Source: Octopus sinensis
Lineage: Eukaryota
Length of the DNA: 64,000 nucleotides
Reading direction: 5' to 3'
Assembly (NCBI RefSeq): GCF_006345805.1
Contig: NC_043021.1
Location: 19,406,001 to 19,470,000, forward strand
In this document: positions 24,957-37,800 of the stretch, piece by piece
Numbering within the stretch: the first letter of the stretch is position 1
Layout of the letters: every line of letters starts with the position of its first letter
The notes under the pieces: model-generated
What the model was told of the DNA's origin: nothing
Databases searched by the model: none
The model's input: only the letters and a program-made list of their open reading frames with translations
Made by a program: the position numbers and the translations under genes

Positions 24957-26869
24957 TTGTCTGTGTTTGCGGTAAAAGCTTAAATATAGTAAACCACTCC
25001 AGTGTCTGTTAAGCGTTCAGCTGGGTGTCTGGAACTTCTTCTAGGTTTTATTTCAAAGCCCTTACCAGTAATGGTATCAACTGACATACGTAGCGCATAG
25101 TCAGCGACAATGAGGAAGAGAAATGGGGCGAGTGTATCTCCCTGCAGTATTCCGGCTTTGATTGAGAAAGATGATGTTTCCCCATCAGGGGTTAAGATGG
25201 TTGAAGACGTATCTGTGTAGAGGACCTTGATGGCAGAAATGATTTTGTCTGGAATCCCATAGAGCTTAAGGATTTCAAACATCTTGTACCTATCTACAGA
25301 GTCGAATGCTTTAGAAAAGTCTACAAACACCATTGCAAGATCGCGATTAAATGCTTTTGATTCTTCAATGAGTCTGCGTAGGCATAGTATTTGGCTCAAC
25401 GTTAAGTGTCCATGTCTGAATCCATTTTGGTTCTTTTGGAGTTCAACAAAAGGGACGAGACGGTTTAGAATCAGTTTGTTGTACAATTTTGCAGCAATTG
25501 ACATTAGAGATATACCCCTGTATTCTTCAAAGCCACAGTCGAACCAATTCTACTATATGGCTCAGAAACCTGGACGTTATCAAAGAAGCTTGAGAGACGG
25601 TTGGATGGAACTTACACTCGCCTACTTATGAGAGCTCAAAATCTCTCGTGGAAGCATCATCCAACCGAAGTACAAATATATGGGAAATTACCACCTGTAT
25701 CATCTCTTGTGAAAGGTAGAAGAGTCCAGTTTGCTGGACATTGTTGTAGAGCTGAAAACGAGGTAATTTCTCCTCTTCTCATCTGGAAGCCATCTGCTCG
25801 TGATACCAGAGGGTGCACCCTCTCCTACCCTGATGTAATCTCCAGGGATACAGGCATCTAGCAACAGAACCTCCGTAATGCCATGATGAACCGTGAAGTC
25901 TGGCGTAACATAGTAAATTCCATTGTCTCAACCACGGCCGAACAATGGTGATGATAAAACCATTCCAATTCCATTAGATATACATCATCACATTTTAGGG
26001 TAATAAGACTTGTTCTAGGAATGGTTAGACTTGCTGTCCCTTGTTTAATCCAAAATCTTTCCCTTACACTTTTGAAATTCATGATCCCTTTATTATCATC
26101 TTTTACAATTTCCTTTAAAATATGTGAGGTTTCAAGGCATTAGATATTCATTCCATTAAATTCCTTTCTCGTCAGATCAAATGGAACCCCAAAATTGTAG
26201 TGGCCTATTGTACCCCTATTTCTTCAACTGCTGAAAAACAATTATTGACAAACCCCATATTATAACCATCTCTCTAACAGTATAATGTGGGTTTTCATTG
26301 CTAGCAGGCATCATTCTGTTGTCATCAACAGTTGATGGCCACCTAGAATGGTCTTCTGCTTGGCATCTGAAATGTCCCAAACTGTATAGCACTTCTGCAA
26401 AAAGCTTTTATTCAACACAGCTTCTCCATATACAGCACATATTTCTCAGGTTGGGTGGGCAGTACCTTTTTTTTTTCTTTAATAATAGAGCATAATATGA
26501 TGAAAGTTCTTCTGATTTTTGGCTTTTCCAGATAAACGCAAATTGCTAAAAATTAATCATTTCAGACTAGAGATGACAAATCTTGCAATTATAACCTATT
26601 ATTTAATTAACTAAAACATTGGTATAAATGTTTGTTCTACATATGAAAAATTCAAACAAATTCACCAGGAATCCAATGCTAATATGTGTGTGTGTGTGTG
26701 AGGGCGCATGGCCTTGTGGTTAAGACCCCAGGACTTATTCTTTGTTAGCCTAGTACTTATTCTGTTGGTCTCTTTTGCCGAACTGCTAAGTTACAGGGAT
26801 GTAAACACACCAACATCAGTTGTCAAGCAATGGCAGGGGACAAACGTAGACACAAATTTATACACACAC

Positions 26870-26901
<32 letters not shown>

Positions 26902-29148
26902 GGGAAATTACCACCTGTATATATATATTATATATATATATATGGGAAATTACCACCTGTATATATATATATATATATATCATCATCATCATCATCATCA
27001 TTTAACGTCCATTTTCCATGCTAGCATGGGTTGGACAGTTCAACTGGGGTCTGGGAAGCCAAGAGGCTGCACCAGGCTCCAGTCTGATCTAGCAGTGTTT
27101 CTACAGCTGGATGCCTTTCCTAACATCAACCACTCTGTGAGTATAGTGGGTGCTTTTTACATGCCACCGGCACAGGGGCCAGAGGAGGTTGGCAATGGCC
27201 ACGATCAGTTGGTGGTTTTTACGTGCCACAGGCACAGAAGCCAACCAAGGCAGCACTGGCATTGGCCACGTTCGGATGGTGCTTTTTACGTGCCACTGGC
27301 ACAGGTATCACAACTACAATTCAATTTGATTTTTATTTTGATGTTGAGGTACTTGACTCAATAGGTCTCCTCAAGCACATCAGGTCATATTTATATGACA
27401 GGCTTCTTTCAGTTTCCATCTACTAAATCCACTCACAAGGCTTTAGTCGAAGACACTTGTCCAAGGTGCCACGCAGTGGGATTGAACCTGGACCCATGTT
27501 GTTGGGAAGCAAGCTTCTTACAACACAGCCACATAACAATCAAAACACGAAATAAAGCATCTTATTCACGGACTCACCAGGCTGCCGGGTATCGTCAACA
27601 TGTCCTTACAATTGTGAGCCGAATATCTCTAACCATTAAGCCATGCACCATCATGAGAATTTTCGACTTCTTTGAAATTAACAAATGTCTCTCCCGAAAG
27701 TGTCTCAAAACTTATGGTGCACCTCGTATGTAGGATATATGTATACACGCACATATACATACACACATGCTTGAACTTGTGTGCACATGTATCTCTGGAT
27801 GTGTTGTATTTCCTTAGTCATACTTATAATTAGGTAATCTCACCAACATTACCCCCCACCCCTAATCATTGAACCAATTAGTAATGTAACGAAGGTGCTT
27901 TTACTGTGTTAACTTTGTTAATTTTGGCAGTTCTCCAGGGATTCCATCATCAAGTCTACTGAAAGGTGAAGCATTCGAGGGGATTGTTGCCAAAGTATAA
28001 GATTAGCTCTCAGTATCAATTAGTCACTGAAATATGTTCTTGTGTGTGTGTGTGTGTGTTTTCACATGTTTGTGTATTTCTGTACATATATGTGGGTGTA
28101 TGTGCGTCTATGTGTGTGTATACATGTGTATGTATGCATGTGTGTGTTTCTGTATTTGTGCACCCTGGTGCAAGTGTACATACGTGTGGGTGTATATGCA
28201 TCTATGTGTATGTATGCATGTGTGTGTTTCTGTATTTGTGCACCCTGGTGCAAGTGTACATACGTGTGGGTGTATATGCATCTATGTGTATGTATGCATG
28301 TGTGTTTCTGTATTTGTGCACCCTGGTGCAAGTGTACATACGTGTGGGTGTATATGCATCTATGTGTATGTATGCATGTGTGTTTCTGTATTTGTGCACC
28401 CTGGTGCAAGTGTACATACGTGTGGGTGTATATGCATCTATGTGTATGTATGCATGTGTGTGTTTCTGTATTTGTGCACCCTGGTGCAAGTGTACATACG
28501 TGTGGGTGTATGTGCATCTGTATGTGTAAGTATGCATGTGTGTGTTTGTGTATTTGTGCACCCTGGTGCAAGTGTACATACGTGTGGGTGTATGTGCGTC
28601 TGTATGTGTGTATGCATTTGTGTGTGTGTTTGCACATGTGTGCATGTATGTGTTTGACTATTTGTGCACACTGGTGCATGCGTGCATACATGTGGGTGTG
28701 TCTATATGTGTGTGTTTACATGTGTGTGTGTATCTGTGTGCATGTGTATGTATGTGTGTGTTTGTACATATGTGTGCATGTATGTGTGTGTGTGTGTGTG
28801 TATATGTGCATGCTAGTGCATTTATGTGTACATGTGTTTGTGTGGGTGTTGGACCGGAGAAGTAATCTGGTAGTTTTTGCTGTTTTCCTTCCTCGAAAGT
28901 TTCTCCTGTTAAAAATAGAAAGTTTTTATTATTTTTGGTTTGTAAACAATTGTGACCTCAACACCACCATCACCATAACTACCACCACTACCACCACCAT
29001 TACCACCACCACCACCATCACCATAACCACCACCACCATCACCACCAACACCACCACCACCACCATCAATACCACCAACACCAACACCATCAATACCACC
29101 ACCAACACCACCCACACCACCACCACCCACACCACCACCACCCACACC

Positions 29149-29179
<31 letters not shown>

Positions 29180-29554
29180 CTACCACCACCACCACCAACA
29201 CCACTACCACCACCATAACCACCACCACCAGCTGGTGCTGTTGACGTAATAATTCTTACATAACGCATTGCAACAACATAAATACATGTCTCTGGAATTG
29301 GGTGTAAATAAATCTGGATTTGTGGGGGGGATACCCCAACACTTCTTCGCCACCATCTCCTCTCCGCTCTCTGTTTCTCTCTTTTTCTTTCCCACTCTAT
29401 CTCTCCCTCTCTTTGTCTCCCCTCTCTTTGTCTCCCCTCTCTTTGTCTCCCCTCTCTCTCTCCCTTCTCTCATCTCCATCTCTTTCTCTGTCTCTCCTCT
29501 CACCCTCCCTCTCTTTATCTCCTCTCCCCCCTCAATTCTCTCCCTCGCCTCCTG

Positions 29555-29587
<33 letters not shown>

Positions 29588-30812
29588 GTGTATGTATATG
29601 TATATAGTAGAATAATAAAGAGAAAGTTCTTGGCATGGGATTATATATATATATATATATATAATGTGATCTCGTGTGTACCATTGGCGATTTTTTTCCC
29701 TCTGTCTTCCCTTCTCTAGATCTTTCCTTCTCCTATGTTTCCGACGAAGAGCTCCGCTCGAAACTTTAAACCCTCCTTCTTCCCTTCTTTCCTGAGCGTC
29801 AAATAATACTATATTTGTTCCACGTCCTCGCGTTGTTGTGTTTTTTTGTGCTTTCCTGTTTGGATTAACTAACTATATATATATATATATATGGGGAAAG
29901 TAAAAAGTAAAAAGCAAAAATGCACATTGAATATAAAAAAAAATTAAGGCTTTTTAATGAAAAGTAGTGATAAATGAATACAATTAGATGAAATAATGAA
30001 TTTAATTCCTCTTAATTCTACCTCAGTTCATCTAATTGTATTTATTTATTGCTACTTTCCATAAAAAAAGTCTTTAGTTTTTTTTATATTCAATGTGCAT
30101 TTTTCGCTTCTTTTTCTTCTTACTTTCCTCATATCTTTTCCACGTGTAGTTTGTATTTTCTTTTTGAAACATATTTCTATTATATATATATATATTATAT
30201 ATATATATATAATATATATATATGTGTATGTATATGTATATAGTAGAATAATAAAGAGAAAGTTCTTGGCATGGGATTATATATATATATATATATATAA
30301 TGTGATCTCGTGTGTACCATTGGCGATTTTTTTCCCTCTGTCTTCCCTTCTCTAGATCTTTCCTTCTCCTATGTTTCCGACGAAGAGCTCCGCTCGAAAC
30401 TTTAAACCCTCCTTCTTCCCTTCTTTCCTGAGCGTCAAATAATACTATATTTGTTCCACGTCCTCGCGTTGTTGTGTTTTTTTGTGCTTTCCTGTTTGGA
30501 TTAACTAACTATATATATATATATATATGGGGAAAGTAAAAAGTAAAAAGCAAAAATGCACATTGAATATAAAAAAAATTAAGGCTTTTTAATGAAAAGT
30601 AGTGATAAATGAATACAATTAGATGAAATAATGAATTTAATTCCTCTTAATTCTACCTCAGTTCATCTAATTGTATTTATTTATTGCTACTTTCCATAAA
30701 AAAAGTCTTTAGTTTTTTTTATATTCAATGTGCATTTTTCGCTTCTTTTTCTTCTTACTTTCCTCATATCTTTTCCACGTGTAGTTTGTATTTTCTTTTT
30801 GAAACATATTTC

Positions 30813-30848
<36 letters not shown>

Positions 30849-33800
30849 TAGCAGTATCGCCCGGCGTTGCTCGGGTTGTAAGGGAAATAACTATATAAGC
30901 ATTTTTAGAGAGTTATAGCCAAAAAGTAGCAAAAAAATGCATTAAAAATTGAAAAAAAATTAAGGTAAATTTTTCTTTAAATCGTTGACACATCGTAGAT
31001 ATTTTTAGAGAGTTACTTCCCTTATATAAAAGCGAAAAAATGCATTAAAATTAAAAAATATGATGGTAATTTTTTTTTAAATCGTAGACTCATCGTAGAC
31101 GCGCGCTAATACCCAGAAGGGCTCGTTTGTTATTTTGGGTAACTTTCTGTAAAATTATTAAAATTTTGTTCAAACATCGCTATAGAAAATGGGTTATTAG
31201 CTAATATTCAATTGGGTATATAACAAAATTTTACGATAGAATTTGTTATTCTGGGTAACTTTCTGATACCCATAATAATATTTATGGCAAAATAGGCCTT
31301 AATTTCATTTAAGGTTGTGGGAAATAACAAACTATCTTTTCTTTCGCTTTGTTTACGTTTAGCATAATGATTTCAAATAGGCTCATTCGAAAAAGTAAAT
31401 AGAAATAGTCTAAGGCTTTACTCTTCTGGGAAAGTCTGTGGCTTGGTCCAGTTTCTTCAGAAAACTCACCGAAAGAAACAGTTTTTAAATTTTCACTCCA
31501 TTCAGGTGCCAATTCGTTTTCTTTATCGCTGTCGGATTCACTGTTTTCACTTTAATAGCTGCCAACTTGCAAAAACAAAGGAGGAGAAGGGTGATGGCGT
31601 CAGTGAAACAATTCGCTCCCTTTGTGTGTGTGTGTGCGTTTGCGTGTGGTGTAAACCAGACTAAGAAAAGCATTTGACACACACACCAGAATGTGAGTTT
31701 TCTGTAAATTTTGCTTAATTGGAGTTTAAATTTTAAAAACTGGACCTGGCATGACGCGATGCATTGTACTCTTAAAATTGCTAGGTAAATTGTAATTGAA
31801 GAAATCCTATATTGTAGATTTCTATAACTCCCAAAGGGAGGCAGATAAAATCTGCCTTTTATAATAAGAGATAGGCGCAGGAGTGGCTGTGTGGTAAGTA
31901 GCTTGCTAACCAGCCACATGGTTCCGGGTTCAGTCCCACTGAGTGGCACCTTGGGCAAGTGTCTTCTGCTATAGCCCCAGGCCGACCAATGCCTTGTGAG
32001 TGGATTTGGTAGACAGAAACTGAAAGAAGCCAGTCGTATATATGTATATATATATGTATATGTGTGTGTGCGTGTGTTTGTGTGTCTGTGTTTGTCCCCC
32101 TAGCGTTGCTTGACAACCGATGCTGGTGTGTTTATGTCCCCGTCACTTAGCGGTTCGGCAAAAGAGACCGATAGAATAAGTACTGGGCTTACAAAGAATA
32201 AGTCCCGGGGTCGAGTTGCTCAATTAAAGGCAGTGCTCCAGCATGGCCGCAGTCAAATGACTGAAACAAGTAAAAGAGTATAATAACAAATTAATAAATA
32301 AAACATGCATACATACATATATGTACATACCTACATCTATATGTATATATACATGCATATATGGGTACAGGACACGTAGAACACAACGAGAAACAAAAAC
32401 ATAAAAACAAAACATGGAAACGGACTTTTTTTAACAATGAAAAAACAGAGTACAAGACATACAACACAAGGAACGTTCCCCTTCTTCAGCTGCCCCTGTT
32501 TTGACTTATTGCATAGAATCTTGCAGGCACGCAGTGGATTTGATCCACCAGAGCCAAATTTCAAGTAACAGTTCGCGGAAAGTGTAACCTCTCGAAAGAG
32601 CTGTTCTTCACTCCTGCTCCAGAACGTCGGCTGCGGGGTCACTCCGAAAAGCTCTATCTGCAACGATTTCATCTCAATCAAAGGAGAGGGGCTTTCTCCG
32701 TCCGGGTTGCGGATCCGTGGAATAAGCTGCCGGACGAGATGGTGAAGATGCCATCGACCGCTCAGTTCAAAGTCTCCCTTGACCACAAGTGGCCTGAACT
32801 CTTTACATGAACACCACCCTGTACATAACTCCATGTCCCCCTACATGGCCTTGCTTTTTGCTTTTTGAGCCAAAAAATTAACTAACTAACTAACTAACTA
32901 ACATATCATTGAGGACAATGGATTTCATTGGTGGTGTTTGTTATCTTAATTCCTTAATTCTAGCTTTTGGTGGAATAGAAGAGGTTAGAGGGTCAAGTGG
33001 CGAAGACATTATTTTGCTTAACTAAGGCATCTGGCCAATGTAAACTGTTATCACAGAAAAACTATTGTTTTACTATGAGAAAAGTTCTGTTGAACTGTTA
33101 CTTGAAATTTGTTTATGGTGGATCGAATCCGCTTCATGCTGGCAAGATTCACTATATATATATATATATATATATGTCATCTCTCTCTCTCTATGTGTAT
33201 ATATATATATATATATATATCTCTTATTATAAAAGGCAGATTTTATCTGCCTCCCTTTGTCAGTTATAGAAATCTACAATATAGGATTTCTTCAATTACA
33301 ATTTACCTAGCATTTTTAAGAGTAGAATGCATCGGGTTTTGCCAGGTCCAGTTTTTAAAATTTTAACTCCAATTAAGCAAAATTTACAGAAAACTCACAT
33401 TCTGGTGTGTATGTCAAATGCTTTTCTTAGTCTGGTTTACAGCACACGCAAACGCACACACACAGTGTGCAACGAATAAAGTGAAACTAGATGTAATATT
33501 TGTTTCTGTCTATCACGCTGATAGATACATGAGTAAAATGTATGGCAAGCTAACAGATAAGAGTGAGTGAAAATGTTCTTGGAAGAGAGTAAATAGCGAC
33601 AGAGTGATTTGAGGAAGACTAAACTGAAAGTATGAAACAGTGTTTATGTATAAACAGACGACACTTATATAAACCCTTTCGTTCCCAAACCGCCCGAATT
33701 TACCTATTCATATTTAAATGAGAATATCAGAGTAAATCTCTTTAGTACATTCGTGAAAATATGTATTATACTTCGTAAACACTTCAAATACAGTTTTGTA

Positions 33801-34847
33801 CAAAAATCGAAGTGTAATTTTAATTCCGTGAATTATGGGAGATTTTTTTCTGAAATTTGTTCCTATTGTGTTTTCAAAATTTGTAATTCTGACAAAAAAT
33901 GGATACGAATTTCATTATATCAAGCAGCGAGTCAGAATTCGAAGGATTTTCTACTGAAGACCTTCATAAATCTAACTCTATGACTGAAAAAAAAAAGCAT
34001 CTTTATATAAGAGCGAAGTTGTGTGTCTGTCTCCTACGATTTAGGTTCGTAACTACTCCCACATTTTGCGGTGCAGTTTAACCAAAAGCGGGTATCTTAT
34101 AGTCGTGATTCATATCGAGCCCTTCTGGGTATTAGCGCGCGTCTACGATGAGTCTACGATTTAAAAAAAATTTACCATCATATTTTTCCATTTTAATGCA
34201 TTTTTTCGCTTTTATATAAGGGAAGTAACTCTCTAAAAATATCTACGATGTGTCAACGATTTAAAAAAAAAATTTACCTTAATTCTTTTTCAATTTTTAA
34301 TGCATTTTTTTGCTATTTTTTGGCTATAACTCTCTAAAAATGCTTATATAGTTATTTCCCTTACAACCCGAGCAACGCCGGGCGATACTGCTAGTATATA
34401 TATAAAATTAGAAAAAAACCACCTATTATCAATTCAAAATGAACAATTAAATTACACCATCTAAAAAATTACATATAATAGAAATATTAAAATTAAAATA
34501 ACAATAATATACCAATGATTAAGTAAATTGCAAAAAAGTAATAAAAACGTATATATTTGTTATTCTACCAAATATATATGTTTTTATTATTTTTATTTTT
34601 ATTTTTATTATTGTTTTGCAATTTACTTAATCATCGGTATAGTATTGTTATTTTATTTTTAATATTTCTATTACATGTAATTTTCTAGATGGTGTAATTT
34701 AATTGTTTATTTTGAATTGATAAAAGGTGTTTTTTTCTAATTTTTATATATATATTATATTTTGTGAAATTTGATTTAGTATTTCTAAATTGAATTTTTC
34801 CCTGTAAGTTTGGAATAATATTCCCTCAAATTATTATTATTATTATT

Positions 34848-34889
<42 letters not shown>

Positions 34890-37800
34890 TCACTTTCCCA
34901 ACAGAGGTAACTATGTATCTCCTCTACTGCAAGTCCCCTGTTTCTGTCCCTTCTATTATACACTCACCTCTTATTCATCCCCTGGCACAAAGCCACCTCA
35001 CTCAATAATATTCTCTACCATCATTTGAGGGTGGTTTGTCTTGTGAGAGTTACTCGGTGACTTCACTGGTGCTACTGCCACATAAAGGCGGAGTTGGGTA
35101 GCTTAGTGGTTAGGGTGTTGGTCTCATGATCATAAGATTGTGGTTTTGATTCCTGGACCGAGCAACACATTGTGTTCTTGAGCAGAACTCTTTATTTCAC
35201 ATTACTCCAGTCCACTCAGCTGGCAAAAGTGAGTTATCCTGCGATGGGCTGGCATCCCATCCAGGTGAGGAGTATATACTCTTTTTACTCTTTTACTCTT
35301 TTACTTGTTTCAGTCATTTGACTGCGGCCATGCTGGAGCACTGCCTTTAATCGAGCAACTTGACCCCAGGACTTATTCTTTGTAAGCCCAGTACTTATTC
35401 TATCGGTCTCTTTTGCCGAACCATTAAGTGACGGGGACATAAACACACCAGCATCGGTTGTCAAGCAATGCTAGGGGGACAAACACAGACACACAAACAC
35501 ACACATACATATACATATATACGACGGGCTTCTTTCAGTTTCTGTGTACCAAATCCACTCACAAGGCTTTGGTCGGCCTGAGGCTATAATAGAAGACACT
35601 TACTCAAGGTGCCACGCAGTGGAACTGAACCCGGAACCATGTGGTTGTTTAGCAAGCTACTTACCACAGAGCCACTCCTGCGCCATGAAAACCAGGAAAG
35701 CAGCCCTTATGACAACATGACTTAAGAAGGTAACTAGAATAGGAGTGCCACATGTGGGTGGACTGAGCCATGAGTCAATCGGGCACTGCCTGACGGCAAG
35801 GGGGCTCTGAGGGGTCCACACTCTACATGTTAACTCTACTAAAACACACATTCAAAATGACCCGGTAAACAGTTATGCCCGAGGGCCCTTAATACTCTCA
35901 GTCTGCCCCTGATGCCACATAAAATACACCCAGTACATTTTGCAAAGTGGTTGGCATTAGGAATGGCATCCAATCACAGAAACCATGCCTAAGCTGACAC
36001 AGGAGTTCAGCACAGCGCTGTGGCTCGCCAGAAGCAAGGGGTGGCTATCAAATCTTCTAACCCATACCTATTTCTTTACTACCCACAAGGGGCTAAACAC
36101 AGAGAGGACAGACAAATGGATTAAGTCGATTATATCGAGCCCAGTGCGTAACTGGTACTTAATTTATCGACCCCCGAAAGGATGGAAGGCAAAGTCGACC
36201 TTGGCAGAATTTAAACTGAGAACGTAACGGCAGACGAAATACCGTGAAGCATTTCGCCCGGCGTGCTAACGTTTCTGCAAGCTCGCCGCCTTCATATCCC
36301 ATACCGGCATGGGATATGAACATTAAATTGTTAATGTTGTTGTTGTCGTTGGTGGTGGTGATGATGATGATGATGATTATTATTATGATGAGTTAATGAA
36401 GTAACTGGTTATTTTTTTTTTTTTTTTTATTTTCCAGTATGAAATGATCAAGAAAAGAGTAACGTTGCATGACGTTACGCCGGACATGTGGAAGGAGGTC
36501 GAGCAGGAATTGATTTGGCAGTTCATAGAAGACCCTTCAGTCCACGTGCTCATTATCTACAAGGACCCGCTCAACGGCATCATCATCGAACACTGCATTC
36601 GAACCGCATTCAATGCCAAACAGTTGTGTTACTTCATCAAGACGCCGCGCACCAAGGAGGTGACATCAGAAAACTTCCTCAATGTCATCCAATACGGCTG
36701 TGTGAAGGGACCGTCGTTTTTGGAAAGCCTGTTACGAGTGCTGTCTGGAGTTTTTGCACCTTTGTTCTTTGAAAACACCACTTGGCCTGATATTATCCTT
36801 TTAATCGCCTTTTAAAACCTTTTATCGTTTATATTTTAATTGTTTCAGTTGTTAGATTGTGGCCATGATGGAGCACTACCTTGATGGGGCTTAGGCGAAC
36901 AATTTGACTCTTTTTACTCTTTTTGCTTGTGTGTGTTTATTGAGCAGAAACACCTAAAGCTCCACGAAGGGGGTGGTGGCGACCCCTGTTGTACTCTTTC
37001 GCCCCAACTTTCTCTCATTCTTTCTTCCTGTTTCTTGAGTAACGCTGCGATGGACTGGCATCCTGTCCAGCTGGGGGGAACACATACACCACAGAAACCA
37101 GGAAACCAGGCCCATGAGCCTGGCTAGGCTTGAAAAGGGCACATAAATAATAAAAAACTACCAGCTTATCATCATCCCTTCCTTCCTTCCCTATTCATCT
37201 ATCACCCCTTCCTTTCTCATTTAAACGTTGTGACGGAGAAAAACACAAAAGTATTATAGTAGATTATAAATTTCTACTATAGGAACAAGGCAATAATTTG
37301 ATAGGAGGGAGCTAGTTGACTACATCAACCCCAATGTTCAACTAGCACTTCCTTTATCAACCCTGTTGGCCTCAACAGCACTTGAACTCTGAACATAAGC
37401 CGCCAGAGGAAATCCACTCACAAGGCTTTGGTCAGGCCGAGGCTATAGTAGAAGACACTTGCCCAAGGTGCCACGCAGTGGGACTGAATCCGGAACCATG
37501 TGGTTGGTAAGCAAGCTACTTACCACACAGCCACTCCTATGCCTATATATATATATATATATATATTATGATCATGAAATTAGCATTAGCTTATCTCACT
37601 CTTTCTCAGGGAAACCTAGGAGCCTTTTGCAGAACCCTAGGGATCCGGGGAACCCCAGTTGAGAAACACTGCCTTAAAGTGATAAATTAATATTTCCGGA
37701 GCTGGCAGAATTGTTAAGATGATGCTAGACCTTGCAGCATTTCTTCCTACTTCATGTTGTGAGCATGTCCCTTAGTGGCTGACGATATGTGCATCTCTGA

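Noticed and set aside
26708-27364. 218-aa ORF
   Set aside because: A chance read-through of SINE, microsatellite and retroposon pieces.
28016-29268. Long ORFs of up to 400 aa on both strands
   Set aside because: They are translations of the TG minisatellite and (ACC)n repeat, with no splice or homology support.
36444-36815. ORF-track 123-aa protein starting at ATG 36444
   Set aside because: It is internal exon 3 of DNAH2; the acceptor lies 6 nt upstream and the tail IILLIAF is intron read-through.
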